Source: an uncultured Rikenellaceae bacterium (lineage in GTDB: Bacteria > Bacteroidota > Bacteroidia > Bacteroidales > VadinHA17). From it: a stretch of DNA of 64,000 bases. Made by a program: the position numbers and the translations under genes. Positions 18,129 to 28,473 of this stretch are shown here, piece by piece; within the stretch, counting starts at the first letter, position 1; every line of letters begins with the position of its first letter. The notes below the pieces were generated by a model, which did no database searches, was not told where the DNA came from, and saw only the letters and a program-made list of their open reading frames with translations. The stretch spans positions 15,756-79,755 of the forward strand of contig CAZXGG010000006.1 in the NCBI GenBank assembly GCA_964640125.1, read 5' to 3'.

Positions 18129-21100
18129 GATGTTGTTCGTTTTGCGATATAGATCAAATTGGATGTATACCGTGTATTATCGATCACTTCAACTGTGAAT
18201 TTCTGTTTCGATAAAATGTTGATCAGCCCGTTTCTTGTAGGAAAGAACAGGTCTCGTTTCTCATCCAGGGTCTTATTAAATGCCAACCGGGTGGAAAAAA
18301 ATTCAGATAGCCTGGTTAAAAAATGCCTTGATTTCAATTCCGCATCACCTTCCCGTATGATAACCCTGCCTTCGGGTGCAAGCTTTTCGGCACACCGGTG
18401 GATCAGTTTTTCCTGCATATCATAGGGCAGATAGTGCAACACATCGCTCAGAATAAAGGCGTTGCTTTCCGGTAGATCTATCTCATTAATGTTTCCATGA
18501 GTAAATACAATCCGGTTGCTTTTTGCCTGACAATGATTGGCAACAGCAATTTTTTCCTCGTCATAATCAATGCCTGTTAATGTACGACCGGGAGTAAGGA
18601 TACTCAGCATGTAGGTCATGGACCCATAACCACATCCGATATCAGTTATGGCACCTTCTCCCGGCAGCAATTCATGAAACAGGGTGTAATTCTTCTCCAG
18701 GTGAATCTTAACTCTCATATACCATTCAAGCACAGGTCCTTTAAAAATATAATTTTTTATGAGGGCCCTCCTGAGAATATCAGGGGTTCTCAATCTGCCT
18801 GTGAACTGTTTAAACTGGATTCCTATTCGTTCATTGATCTCCCCGATCCTCACTGAAACAAGAGCATTCCTGTTTATTCCCGCCAGTGATATGGGTTCTG
18901 CATGGGTTATTCTGATTTTATCCGGTAACAGGAAGGAAGCTCTTCCATCAAAACAGGCACTGGCCCTGAAAAAAAACATGGGAATAACACTCATCCCGGT
19001 CAACCTGGCAAGATGAATCAGTTTTTCATCAACCCGTGGATAAGGATCAGTTGAATGACCAGGTAATGGAACAGCATACACTATGGATATGGCATTATTG
19101 TTTTCGTTATCGGGATTCCCGTCCGGAAAGAAATGGTTAAATAACCTCCTCGGGATGCCGAAAAACAGATCAACCCGCTTTCCTCCCTGTTGGTTTTCCG
19201 GCTCATAAATTACCACCCTTCTCTTCAGTGCATGAAGAACCAGTTGACTCCAAACCGGTTCAGCAGTGAATGCGTAAATGCCGGGATCCAACGGCAAACC
19301 TGAAAAGAGAAGGTTCTTTCTTCTTGAGAATCCTACGGAAAAAAGTATTCCTTTCGAACAATAATAGATCAGCTCAACTAAAAACCTGTATCGTCTATTC
19401 CTGCCTACAGGTAGAACATAGATCGGGATAACCAGTAAAACGAAAACAACATGGAACAGGGTCAATATCAGTATTCTGTAAAATGATACAATCCCTTCCA
19501 CAAATGTAATCGGGTATAATTTTTCGGCACTTCTGCGGGATAGGAGCCACCGAAACAAGATGGGTTGAACAGTAAATGAGATGATAATAACGCTGATGAT
19601 CCCCACGACAGATACCGCTGCTATTGATTTCAAAGCAGGATGTTTTGCAAGCAGTAAAACCCCGATCCCAATGACAGTTGTTGTTGCAGATAGAAGAATG
19701 GATGTTTTATAGGAATTGAAATTTTGGTAACCGAATTTAAACTCCTGCAACAACCCACGCATAATGAAGAGGGAGTAATCTATTCCAAGGCCAAAAACAA
19801 AGGTTGAAATGATGATGTTAAAGATGGTAAACTGAATGCCCATCATACCCATGATACCCAGTGTCCATAACCAGCTTAACAGGATGGGTATAAAACCGAT
19901 TGTAGCTAACTCTATCCTGCCAAAATAGAGAAGAAGGAAAGAGAACACCAAACTCATTGAAACGATGAGAAGAAACTTAAAATTCGATTTCAGCACCTCA
20001 ATCAGCTTGTCTGTTATAAAGGATTTATCAAAAATAATGACCTCATCGTCCCCGAACCGGGAATAAATTAGATGTCGCTGTTCCCTGTCAATTTTAACCT
20101 GGTTGGCGATGTAAACTTCATCTTCAGATTCGGAGATCCAATCCTTAAAAACCGCAAGATCCAGTTTCAAAAACTCTTTCCCGGAAATGGGTCGGTATTC
20201 CCGATCGATCATGCTCCTGACACCATCAAAAGCACTCTCTTTAAAATGGTATTGAGATCCGGCAGAAACCAGGTTAGACAACAATGTTTCCTTCTTGCCC
20301 CCAGACCAGTATTGTTTCCACCGTTCAATCCTCCCTTCCTGTATCGAGTCGGAGACAAAAAATGAACTGATAGAGAGATAATTAGTAACTATATTCTCCT
20401 CTTTTAACTTCTCTAATTCAGGCAATAGTTTTTCATTGCTGCATAATGCTTCATTGAAATCTTTTCCTCTTGACACAATATAGGTTGAATTCAGGGTCAA
20501 GTCGGTAAGTTGACTTAAATTGGCTTCGGCTGTTGTAAGTTCATCAGACATATAGTTCATTGCATACATATTCCCCTCAAATCCGACCTTCCGAAAGAAA
20601 AAGAGAGAAAGGAATGAAATGATAAAAACCGCACCGATGATATACCTGTTTTTATCAACCGGAATTGCGGATATTTTGTGAATCAGCCCCATGTGGAGTT
20701 TACTATCATTCCCGGGTTCTCTTTTAATGAAGTGAGGCAGTACCAGTAAAGAAAACAGAGAAGCAATAAAGACACTAAATGCTGCAAAAAGTCCAAGATC
20801 CTTAAGTACATCGGATGCAATCAACAAGAGGCAAAGAAATGCGGATCCGGTGGTTAGACTGCTCATCAGCACGGGTGAAGCAATATCATCAAGTACTTTT
20901 TCAACTGATCGAACGTGTTTATAATGGGTAAAGAAGTGCAGGCCATAATCAATGGTTATTCCAAGCAATACTGATCCGATTGCCAGAGAGATCGCTGAAA
21001 CGCCATGCGAGACAAAGGAAAGGATAGAAAGCGAAAGGATTGCCCCAAAGATTGCCGGAAGAAAAATAACAAAAAAGAGTACAAATCGCCGGAAAAACAG

Positions 21101-21976
21101 ACCGATCATTAACAGGATTAAGATGACAGCAATGCTAATGGTTACCGCTATGTCCTTTTTTATTCGGTTGGCATTGCCTACAGCAACGGCAACACCACCA
21201 TAATATTCAGCTGTCACATCTCCCATTTTATCTTCCAGCAGACCAATATGCTCATCAATGGTCTTAATCAAATGGTTATTCAGTTTTGATTCGCTGGATG
21301 GATGTGCCGGAGTGATAAAAATAAACAGGTGATTCAGGTTGCTGGTAAAAAAATGATCCTCATGCATTACGAAATTCTCTGCAACCTGAAATTCTTCCAA
21401 TTTGGCAAGTGCCAGGGGTGTAAAATTCAGTGGATCGAGCACAATAAATTTCTTAAATATTGAACTCGCCGGGGAAACGAGCGTCCGGTAATTTCTTTTT
21501 ACACCCTGATGGATTGATTCCTCCCGGATCAGGCTATCGATCACCAGATAATCCCCTTCATCCAGAAATAGCGGCAAGTGTTTGTGAATGAAATCGTAGA
21601 TTTCCAAAACCTGATCTTCACCGGCCGATACCAATACCTCTGTGGTATAATCAGGATAGAGGGTTTGTTTTATAGACTCCGCCAGCATATCGGCATATTC
21701 GATCAAACGATCCGGAGCAATATTCCTTCCCGAATCCGCTGGCGATACGGTAATGACCAGCTTGTCGATGAAGTCAAACTTACGGTACACCTTACCAACC
21801 TGATCCAGTTGTTTATCTTTGGGCATAATCCGAGTGATATCCTCTTCAAAAGAGAGCCCGAAAATGAAGAAACCAGAAACAACAAACAGGAGCAGAAAGA
21901 TCATGCTCAGAAAGATTTTCCTGTTCCTGAAAAAATGAAAAAAATTAACAAAAAAGCGGGTCATGAAATTACCCAT
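18125..21976 (-). CDS. trifunctional fusion: MMPL/RND-type exporter + acyltransferase-like middle domain + class I SAM-dependent methyltransferase
   Basis: 1283 aa. Two six-TM MMPL-like halves with large loops. A middle region resembles PlsC-type acyltransferases. C-terminal 'ITDIGCGYGSMTYML' (SAM motif I) and 'ILSDVLHYLP...LAPEGRVIIRE'. Confidence 0.8.
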   Translation of the reverse strand: MGNFMTRFFVNFFHFFRNRKIFLSMIFLLLFVVSGFFIFGLSFEEDITRIMPKDKQLDQVGKVYRKFDFIDKLVITVSPADSGRNIAPDRLIEYADMLAESIKQTLYPDYTTEVLVSAGEDQVLEIYDFIHKHLPLFLDEGDYLVIDSLIREESIHQGVKRNYRTLVSPASSIFKKFIVLDPLNFTPLALAKLEEFQVAENFVMHEDHFFTSNLNHLFIFITPAHPSSESKLNNHLIKTIDEHIGLLEDKMGDVTAEYYGGVAVAVGNANRIKKDIAVTISIAVILILLMIGLFFRRFVLFFVIFLPAIFGAILSLSILSFVSHGVSAISLAIGSVLLGITIDYGLHFFTHYKHVRSVEKVLDDIASPVLMSSLTTGSAFLCLLLIASDVLKDLGLFAAFSVFIASLFSLLVLPHFIKREPGNDSKLHMGLIHKISAIPVDKNRYIIGAVFIISFLSLFFFRKVGFEGNMYAMNYMSDELTTAEANLSQLTDLTLNSTYIVSRGKDFNEALCSNEKLLPELEKLKEENIVTNYLSISSFFVSDSIQEGRIERWKQYWSGGKKETLLSNLVSAGSQYHFKESAFDGVRSMIDREYRPISGKEFLKLDLAVFKDWISESEDEVYIANQVKIDREQRHLIYSRFGDDEVIIFDKSFITDKLIEVLKSNFKFLLIVSMSLVFSFLLLYFGRIELATIGFIPILLSWLWTLGIMGMMGIQFTIFNIIISTFVFGLGIDYSLFIMRGLLQEFKFGYQNFNSYKTSILLSATTTVIGIGVLLLAKHPALKSIAAVSVVGIISVIIISFTVQPILFRWLLSRRSAEKLYPITFVEGIVSFYRILILTLFHVVFVLLVIPIYVLPVGRNRRYRFLVELIYYCSKGILFSVGFSRRKNLLFSGLPLDPGIYAFTAEPVWSQLVLHALKRRVVIYEPENQQGGKRVDLFFGIPRRLFNHFFPDGNPDNENNNAISIVYAVPLPGHSTDPYPRVDEKLIHLARLTGMSVIPMFFFRASACFDGRASFLLPDKIRITHAEPISLAGINRNALVSVRIGEINERIGIQFKQFTGRLRTPDILRRALIKNYIFKGPVLEWYMRVKIHLEKNYTLFHELLPGEGAITDIGCGYGSMTYMLSILTPGRTLTGIDYDEEKIAVANHCQAKSNRIVFTHGNINEIDLPESNAFILSDVLHYLPYDMQEKLIHRCAEKLAPEGRVIIREGDAELKSRHFLTRLSEFFSTRLAFNKTLDEKRDLFFPTRNGLINILSKQKFTVEVIDNTRYTSNLIYIAKRTTS

Positions 21977-22021
21977 ATCATCGTCTGTATAGATCTATCG
22001 TTGGTAACCAGCATCACTCGA

Positions 22022-23242
22022 TTACCCATGGACTTGCTTCAATTCATTCGGATTCCTTCTATTCCTCCTGAAAAAAAAGAGGCTCAAAAAGGTAATTCCT
22101 CCCAGAGTCAGAGCCAGTAACGCACCAAAAACAAGACTTCCAAGTATATATTGAAAAATATTGGCCATGACTACCTCAAAATCAATATTTCTGCCGAATT
22201 TTATCGCTGCGGATCCATTGCCAAGAATTATTCCACCTGTTTTATAACTGAAATATAGGACAAAAGGGATCATGGGTGGGATACTGATATTTGCAGTGGT
22301 AATAACGATCGGTTTATTCATTTTGAAGAGATATGCAAAAAAGATGGCAATGGCAAGTTGCCATCCCCAGATGGGCAGTATTCCACAAAATATACCGAGA
22401 GTTACAGACAGTGAGAGTTTTAAATTCGAATCACTTGGAGTAAGAAACAACTCCTGCATTGAGCGCTTAAATCCCTTTCGTTTAAATTCCCGGACAAATT
22501 TGAATGGTTTTATGTAAAAAAATGCCACAAAAAACAGGATCGTATTCAGCACACTGATCCGCAAAAAATCCCGTATGGGCCGAAAATGTGTGACCCGTTT
22601 TTCTTGCGGAGGATAGTAAACATCGACAGGAACCGAGTCTATTCCAATCCCATTCCAGGAGGAACGGACCAATATTTCCACCTCAAACTCATATTTTGTG
22701 GAATAAAACGTTATATCCTGTAAATGCTTCAAAGGATAAAGCCTGTATCCACATTGAGTATCAGGGATTTTCTTACCTGTATAAAGCCGGAACCAAAAGT
22801 TCGAGAATTTATTGGCAAATGTATTCCTGGCTGGAACATTCTTTCCCGGCATCCTTCGCTCACCAACCACAATGGAACTTCCATTTTGGGAAAGGCGGTT
22901 TATAAAGTGTGGCAGGTCAGCAGGGAGGTGCTGTCCATCAGAATCTATGGTAATGGCGTACTCATATCCAAGGTCCATCGCCCGTAAAAATCCCTTTTTT
23001 ATGGCATACCCCTTCCCTCTGTTCTTCGGATAATCAACGACATCAACCTTTTTGTTTAACCCATTTTCCAGCAGCGTTTGCGTTTTATCCGTCGATCCGT
23101 CATTTACTACAATGACCTGACGCGTGTACCGGCTAACTTCTTCAATGAGGTCCGGAAGGGTATCAGAATTATTGTATGTGGGAATGATCACACAGCACTT
23201 CTTTTCCCTGAAGAGATTCTGATATTTCCTGTTCACTTCCAT
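22022..23242 (-). CDS. family 2 glycosyltransferase fused to a C-terminal membrane domain (DUF2062-like)
   Basis: 406 aa. 'CCVIIPTYNNSDTL', 'VVNDGSTDKT', 'ITIDSDGQH' (DxD). C-terminal TM helices. Confidence 0.82.
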   Translation of the reverse strand: MEVNRKYQNLFREKKCCVIIPTYNNSDTLPDLIEEVSRYTRQVIVVNDGSTDKTQTLLENGLNKKVDVVDYPKNRGKGYAIKKGFLRAMDLGYEYAITIDSDGQHLPADLPHFINRLSQNGSSIVVGERRMPGKNVPARNTFANKFSNFWFRLYTGKKIPDTQCGYRLYPLKHLQDITFYSTKYEFEVEILVRSSWNGIGIDSVPVDVYYPPQEKRVTHFRPIRDFLRISVLNTILFFVAFFYIKPFKFVREFKRKGFKRSMQELFLTPSDSNLKLSLSVTLGIFCGILPIWGWQLAIAIFFAYLFKMNKPIVITTANISIPPMIPFVLYFSYKTGGIILGNGSAAIKFGRNIDFEVVMANIFQYILGSLVFGALLALTLGGITFLSLFFFRRNRRNPNELKQVHG

Positions 23243-23404
23243 GCTACAAAAATAATCTTATCACCGGTTTTTCACAGATAACCGGAAAAATTAATTGATC
23301 TGAATTCATTATATTAGGAACGCATTTGAACCGGTTATCCGTTAAAAAGATAACACAATTGATTGGAAATCATAAAATCCTTACTATAGCGGAAAGAGCC
23401 TAAA

Positions 23405-24916
23405 ATGAAAAAGTATGATGTAATAGTCGTTGGAAGCGGACTTGGAGGTTTGCTATGCGGTGCCATTCTGAGTAAGGAAGGGTATAGGGTGTGCCTGGTT
23501 GAAAAAAATGACAAAATCGGAGGGGCATTACAAACCTTTGTCAGGGATGGTGTCAGGTTCGACGTTGGAGTACATTATTTTGGTGGTTTTGCACCCGGGC
23601 AAAACCTCTACCAGCTTTTCAAATATGTTGGGATACATGACAAATTGAACGTTAGCAAACTGGATGAAAATGGATTTGACCGGATAACCTTTGCCGGCGA
23701 TCAGAATGAGTATCCGCTTTCCCAGGGTCACAACCGTTTCGTCCAGAATCTTCTTCCTTTTTTCCCGGATGAAAAAAAGGCTTTAGCCCGGTATATTGAC
23801 AAATTGCATGAGATGTGCAGTAATTTCCCATTATACAACCTTACCTATAAAAGGAAAAAAAAACTAGGCGCCAAATTTGAAGAACTGAATGCAAAAGAAT
23901 TTATTGGTACAATCACATCCAATCCGAAATTACAGATGGTACTGGCAGCGACCAATCCTTTGTATGCCGGAGAACCCGAAACCACTCCATTCTATTTGCA
24001 TGCTCTGATCAACAATTCCTATATTGAAAGTGCATGGAGATGTGAGGGTGGAGGATCACAAATTGCCACTCATCTGATGAAGCTTATAAAACAAAACCAG
24101 GGAATCTTTTATTTGAATGCAGCTGTTGAAAAGTTCGTGGTAAAAAACGGAATGATCGAGTCTGTCGTTCTCGAAAATGAGCAGCGACTCGAGGCTGATC
24201 AATTTATATCCAATGTTCACCCCGCCACAACAATGGAAATGATCGATCCGGGGATGATCAGAAAATCATACAGAAAACGGATCAAATCCCTGCAAAATAC
24301 GACTTCAGTATTTATTGTTAACGCAATCCTGAAAAAAGAATTCCTCGAATTCTGGAATTACAACCGGTATTATTACCGTCAGAATGATGTGTGGACTTGC
24401 CACCGCTACAGTGAAGAGAACTGGCCCACCGGATTGGTTGCTTTTATGTCTTCCAAGAGAGGTCCCGATGGTTTTGCAGAGGGGATTACTCTCATGACGT
24501 ATATGAACTTTTCAGATGTTAACAAATGGAGTAATACGTTCAATACAGTATCCAGACCAAGTGACAGGGGTAAAGATTATTTCGAATTCAAACAGCAGAA
24601 GGGGTGGAAGCTCATCAAAGCTGCGGAAGAGATCATTCCCGGACTCGCGGACAATATCGTTTCATTTACCACCTCTTCCCCCTTAACCTTTCGGGATTAC
24701 CTGGGAACAAAAGATGGATCAATATACGGTGTTATGAAAAATTGTAGAAATCCACTGCAAACATTCATTTCACCCCGTACAAAAATTCCAAACCTCTTCC
24801 TGGCCGGACAAAATCTTGACCTGCACGGTATTCTGGGAGTTACCATCAGCTCTATCCTAACCTGTTCTGAGTTTATGAAATCACGCTCACTAATCGATAA
24901 AATACTTTACTCCTGA
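23405..24916 (+). CDS. FAD/NAD(P)-dependent oxidoreductase, phytoene-desaturase (CrtI)-like
   Basis: 503 aa. 'YDVIVVGSGLGGLLCGAILSKEGYRVCLVEKNDKIGG' dinucleotide-binding fold. Length and C-terminus are typical of CrtI-like amine-oxidase-fold enzymes. Confidence 0.8.
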   Translation: MKKYDVIVVGSGLGGLLCGAILSKEGYRVCLVEKNDKIGGALQTFVRDGVRFDVGVHYFGGFAPGQNLYQLFKYVGIHDKLNVSKLDENGFDRITFAGDQNEYPLSQGHNRFVQNLLPFFPDEKKALARYIDKLHEMCSNFPLYNLTYKRKKKLGAKFEELNAKEFIGTITSNPKLQMVLAATNPLYAGEPETTPFYLHALINNSYIESAWRCEGGGSQIATHLMKLIKQNQGIFYLNAAVEKFVVKNGMIESVVLENEQRLEADQFISNVHPATTMEMIDPGMIRKSYRKRIKSLQNTTSVFIVNAILKKEFLEFWNYNRYYYRQNDVWTCHRYSEENWPTGLVAFMSSKRGPDGFAEGITLMTYMNFSDVNKWSNTFNTVSRPSDRGKDYFEFKQQKGWKLIKAAEEIIPGLADNIVSFTTSSPLTFRDYLGTKDGSIYGVMKNCRNPLQTFISPRTKIPNLFLAGQNLDLHGILGVTISSILTCSEFMKSRSLIDKILYS

Positions 24917-24923
24917 AAATATT

Positions 24924-26627
24924 ATGAAACGCGTTATCAAATGGATAGGAGTTACCCTGGGAACGATACTGGTCGTAATGATTGTCGGATTATTCATCCT
25001 GCAGAAAGTTACAACTCTTCCCTGTCCCTCTCCCGCCGATACAGGTATTACTGAACTGGAGAGAACACAATCTGTTGACGGGGTATTCAGAATTAAGAAC
25101 AACTGGTTAAAGAAAAACAGTGCGGGGATTTATGAACTCTACATCGAAGGCAGTGCATTCGAAAGAGGGGTGTTTAACGGAAAACTTACACGTGAACTGA
25201 TCCATGAACAGGAAGAATATTTCATTCAGCAAATTGAACACATCATTCCCTCAAAACTATATCTCCGGTTCCTCAAAGTTTTTATCAGCTGGTTTAACCG
25301 GGACCTGGACAAATATATAAAGCCTGAATTTCTGAATGAAATCTATGGTGTTTCTCTTTCAGCTTCCCATGAGTTTGATTATATCGGCAATGCCTACCAG
25401 CGAATCCTGAATTATCATGCAGCACATGATATGGGTCATGCATTACAGGATTTCCAGCTCGTCGAATGCACTTCCTTTTCTGTATGGAATGAGAAATCCT
25501 CAGACTCATCGCTCATCCATGGCAGGAATTTTGATTTCTATTTTGGAGATGATTTTGCTAAAAACAAGATTATCTCATTTACCAATCCCGACCAGGGATA
25601 CCGGTTTATGACGGTAACCTGGGGGGGTATGATCGGCGCAGTCTCTGGAATGAATGAAAAAGGGTTGTCGGTTACCATCAATGCTGCAAAATCTACTATC
25701 CCTGGAAAAGCCAAAACACCCATAACCATCTTAACCCGTGAGATCCTTCAATATGCTAAAAACATTGAGGAAGCTTTTAATATAGCCAGCACGACTGAGA
25801 TCTTTGTTTCTGAATCCATAATGATCGGATCCGCCGAAGACAACAAAACAGCCATTATCGAAAAAACACCAGATAAGTATGCACTGTACCTTCCCGATAC
25901 GAATTTTATTACCTGTACCAACCACTTCCAAAGCGATTCTTTTAAAACCGACAGTTTAAATCTTCAAAACATGGAGGAAAGCTCATCCCAATACCGGTCC
26001 ATGAGGCTAATGGAACTGATGGATCGATATGAGCGAATCTCCCCGCAAAAGATGGCAGAAATTTTAAGAAACCGGGATGGCATTCATGATAAAAAAATCG
26101 GTCTGGGAAATGAAAAAGCGATTAACCAGCTTATCGCACATCATTCCATCATTTTTAAACCGGAAGAAAAGAAGGTTTGGATTTCTGCTAACCCGTACCA
26201 ATTGGGCCAATACCTTGCATATGATCTGGATGATGTGTTTACTAAATATGCACCACTTACAGAAAACAGGGTAATTATCGATACCAACCTGACACTTGCT
26301 GCTGATACCTTTCTGTTTAGCCAGGAATATCAGAATTATTTGATATTCCAGAGCATGCGAAAAGAGATTAACCAAATCATCCGCAGGAAAGGAAAGGGAA
26401 ACTGGAATTTGGAAAAGACAGAAATTTTTATCCGCTCGAATCCCGATTTTTACCAGGTCTATTCACTGGTTGGTGATCTCCACATGGCACGGAAAGAATA
26501 TCTGCAGGCGGAACGGTATTATTCTCAATCTCTTGAAAAAGAAGTAGTTACATTAAAGGAAAGAAGAGAAATCGTTAAAAAGTTAAGCCATTCGCGGGAA
26601 AAGATTAGAAATCCTCAGGGTCCATGA
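24924..26627 (+). CDS. C45-family (acyl-CoA:6-APA acyltransferase-like) Ntn acyltransferase/hydrolase with N-terminal TM anchor and C-terminal TPR-like tail
   Basis: 567 aa. TM 'WIGVTLGTILVVMIVGLFIL'. Putative nucleophile in 'LVECTSFSVW'. 'HGRNFDF' follows. The C45 call comes from motif recall only. Confidence 0.6.
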   Translation: MKRVIKWIGVTLGTILVVMIVGLFILQKVTTLPCPSPADTGITELERTQSVDGVFRIKNNWLKKNSAGIYELYIEGSAFERGVFNGKLTRELIHEQEEYFIQQIEHIIPSKLYLRFLKVFISWFNRDLDKYIKPEFLNEIYGVSLSASHEFDYIGNAYQRILNYHAAHDMGHALQDFQLVECTSFSVWNEKSSDSSLIHGRNFDFYFGDDFAKNKIISFTNPDQGYRFMTVTWGGMIGAVSGMNEKGLSVTINAAKSTIPGKAKTPITILTREILQYAKNIEEAFNIASTTEIFVSESIMIGSAEDNKTAIIEKTPDKYALYLPDTNFITCTNHFQSDSFKTDSLNLQNMEESSSQYRSMRLMELMDRYERISPQKMAEILRNRDGIHDKKIGLGNEKAINQLIAHHSIIFKPEEKKVWISANPYQLGQYLAYDLDDVFTKYAPLTENRVIIDTNLTLAADTFLFSQEYQNYLIFQSMRKEINQIIRRKGKGNWNLEKTEIFIRSNPDFYQVYSLVGDLHMARKEYLQAERYYSQSLEKEVVTLKERREIVKKLSHSREKIRNPQGP

Positions 26628-26704
26628 TGATTCCCACACAATTTTTCCTTAATTTAACATAAAAACAGGGAGCTATTTAATGAACCACACTATATCAATC
26701 CGGA

Positions 26705-27805
26705 ATGAAAGAAGAGGTTAAAATTCCGCGGTTTCCACCAGCAATACTGGTTAAGTTTATCGACAGGATCAAGAATTGTCTGTTGACTACGGCAAGAAGA
26801 ATGGGGCCAAACAGTATGACAATATTTGAACTTAGTCAATCTATTTGGATCGCCCGTGCAATTGGTGTAGCCGTTGAACTGGAGTTGGCCGATAGCTTGT
26901 CTGACGGACCAAAAACAGTAACAGAACTGGCTGATCTCACAAAGACCAATCCTGAAAATCTCTACCGGCTTTTACGGGCTCTTGCCAGCTATGGTATCTT
27001 TCGTGAGAAACCAAATAAAACATTCCAAATGACACCCCTTGCCAGGGGATTGAAAGAGGGTGTTGGCTCGATGAAAAACATGATTGCCCACCAGCAGAAT
27101 CCGGTTAACTGGCAAATGGTTGGTGAAATGAATTACTGTATTAAAACCGGTAAGGATGTGGCGGTAAAGATACTGGGAACGGATATTTTTGAACATTTAA
27201 AGAAATATCCGGAAAAAAACAGGCTGTATAACCTTGCAATGACCGAAACGTCTGAAATAGTGAGTGCAACGGTTCTTTCAGCCTACAATTTTTCCAGGAG
27301 GAAGAAACTGGTTGATATCGGGGGAGGACACGGATACCTGCTATCCATCATTCTTTATGAATATCCAAAACTGGAAGGTGTTCTTTTCGATCTTTCCCAC
27401 GTTGTTGACGGAGCAAAAAAAATCATTGAAAAACTGGGCGTGGAGGATCGTGTTACCATTATTCCCGGAGATTTTTTTGAAACCGTTCCGCAAGGAGGGG
27501 ATACCTACATCCTGAAAAGCATCATTCATGCCTTTGATGATGATCAATGCGTGGCCCTATTGAAAAATATTTATCATGCCATGGCTGATTCGGGAAAACT
27601 GCTTATCGTCGAAGTGGTGATTAGCGAAGACAACGCTCCATCCTTTGGGAAAATTTTTGACCTTCAGATGTTGATTGGTGCTCCAGGGGGTAAAGAGCGG
27701 ACACGCAGTGAATTTGAAGAGATTCTGGGGCGCTCCGGTTTCAAGCTAAAAAGGGTTATTCGAACGGTATCCCATTTCAACATCATTGAAGCGGTGAAAA
27801 AATAA
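26705..27805 (+). CDS. SAM-dependent O-methyltransferase (family 2, with N-terminal dimerisation/winged-helix domain)
   Basis: 366 aa. 'LVDIGGGHGYLLSIIL' SAM motif I, 'IPGDFFETVPQGGDTYILKSIIH', 'LLIVE'. Confidence 0.82.
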   Translation: MKEEVKIPRFPPAILVKFIDRIKNCLLTTARRMGPNSMTIFELSQSIWIARAIGVAVELELADSLSDGPKTVTELADLTKTNPENLYRLLRALASYGIFREKPNKTFQMTPLARGLKEGVGSMKNMIAHQQNPVNWQMVGEMNYCIKTGKDVAVKILGTDIFEHLKKYPEKNRLYNLAMTETSEIVSATVLSAYNFSRRKKLVDIGGGHGYLLSIILYEYPKLEGVLFDLSHVVDGAKKIIEKLGVEDRVTIIPGDFFETVPQGGDTYILKSIIHAFDDDQCVALLKNIYHAMADSGKLLIVEVVISEDNAPSFGKIFDLQMLIGAPGGKERTRSEFEEILGRSGFKLKRVIRTVSHFNIIEAVKK

Positions 27806-27999
27806 ACCCGATTTGAATCAGAACTTTTTTCATTCAAATTTGTTACCTTATTACCGTGTCTAATAATCCCCGGGATAATGATGATAAAATCATTTCACAA
27901 ATCGTTATTTTTGCAATAATTTTTATTTTTTTTGTGTTGTTTTTTGTTTACGAGTGCTTTATTTGAGGGATTGATATTTGAATCAGATAACGTTTTGGT

Positions 28000-28473
28000 A
28001 TGAAAGAGAAAGATCTTTACGTGGATTATAAACCACAGCAACATATCTATTATGTTGAGAAAGAAGATCAGCAATATGGTCCGATTATTTCCGGATCGTA
28101 CCTGGCAAAAAATTATCTGGATGATTATTACCTGAAGCAAAAAAACCTGGAATTTTCATTGAGAACAAAGGTTATTGAAGGTAAAATCAGTCCGATCGAA
28201 TATTACATGACGTTACAGGATCTGAGCATTGCCGATCTGGCATCACGTGTGAATATTCGGCGTGTTAAACTTAAAAAATACCTGAAACCTGAGTCTTTTA
28301 ACAAGGTCCGTCTTCCCCTGTTGAGTAAATTTGCAGAGGTGTTTGATATCCCTGTTGCAAACTTCTTCCAGATATTAATCACCCGGGAAGAGGAACGCTC
28401 AAAATTAGATATCAACCAGTTAAACACAAAGAACCCGACATTTGTAGTTACCAAAATTGAATCGAAGCAGTAA
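28000..28473 (+). CDS. hypothetical protein with C-terminal XRE-like helix-turn-helix
   Basis: 157 aa. 'LSIADLASRVNIRRVKLKKYLK...LSKFAEVFDIPVANFF' resembles an HTH_XRE layout. Its stop overlaps the next ATG (TAATG). Confidence 0.45.
   Translation: MKEKDLYVDYKPQQHIYYVEKEDQQYGPIISGSYLAKNYLDDYYLKQKNLEFSLRTKVIEGKISPIEYYMTLQDLSIADLASRVNIRRVKLKKYLKPESFNKVRLPLLSKFAEVFDIPVANFFQILITREEERSKLDINQLNTKNPTFVVTKIESKQ

Noticed and set aside
21578-22120. 180-aa plus-strand ORF across the MMPL-fusion start and the GT2 end.
   Set aside because: It is antisense to two strongly supported genes and has a low-complexity sequence.
23247-23254. 'CAAAAATA' (TATTTTTG on the minus strand) upstream of the GT2 gene.
   Set aside because: It sits only 5 nt from the GT2 start codon, which is too close to serve as a -7 box for that start.
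27806-28140. AT-rich spacer with an 81-aa minus-strand ORF (27895..28140).
   Set aside because: The ORF is low-complexity (Ile/Phe/Asn/Lys-rich) and overlaps the start of the plus-strand HTH gene. The region is more plausibly the promoter/spacer of the 28000 operon. No clean TAnnTTTG box was found at a sensible distance.
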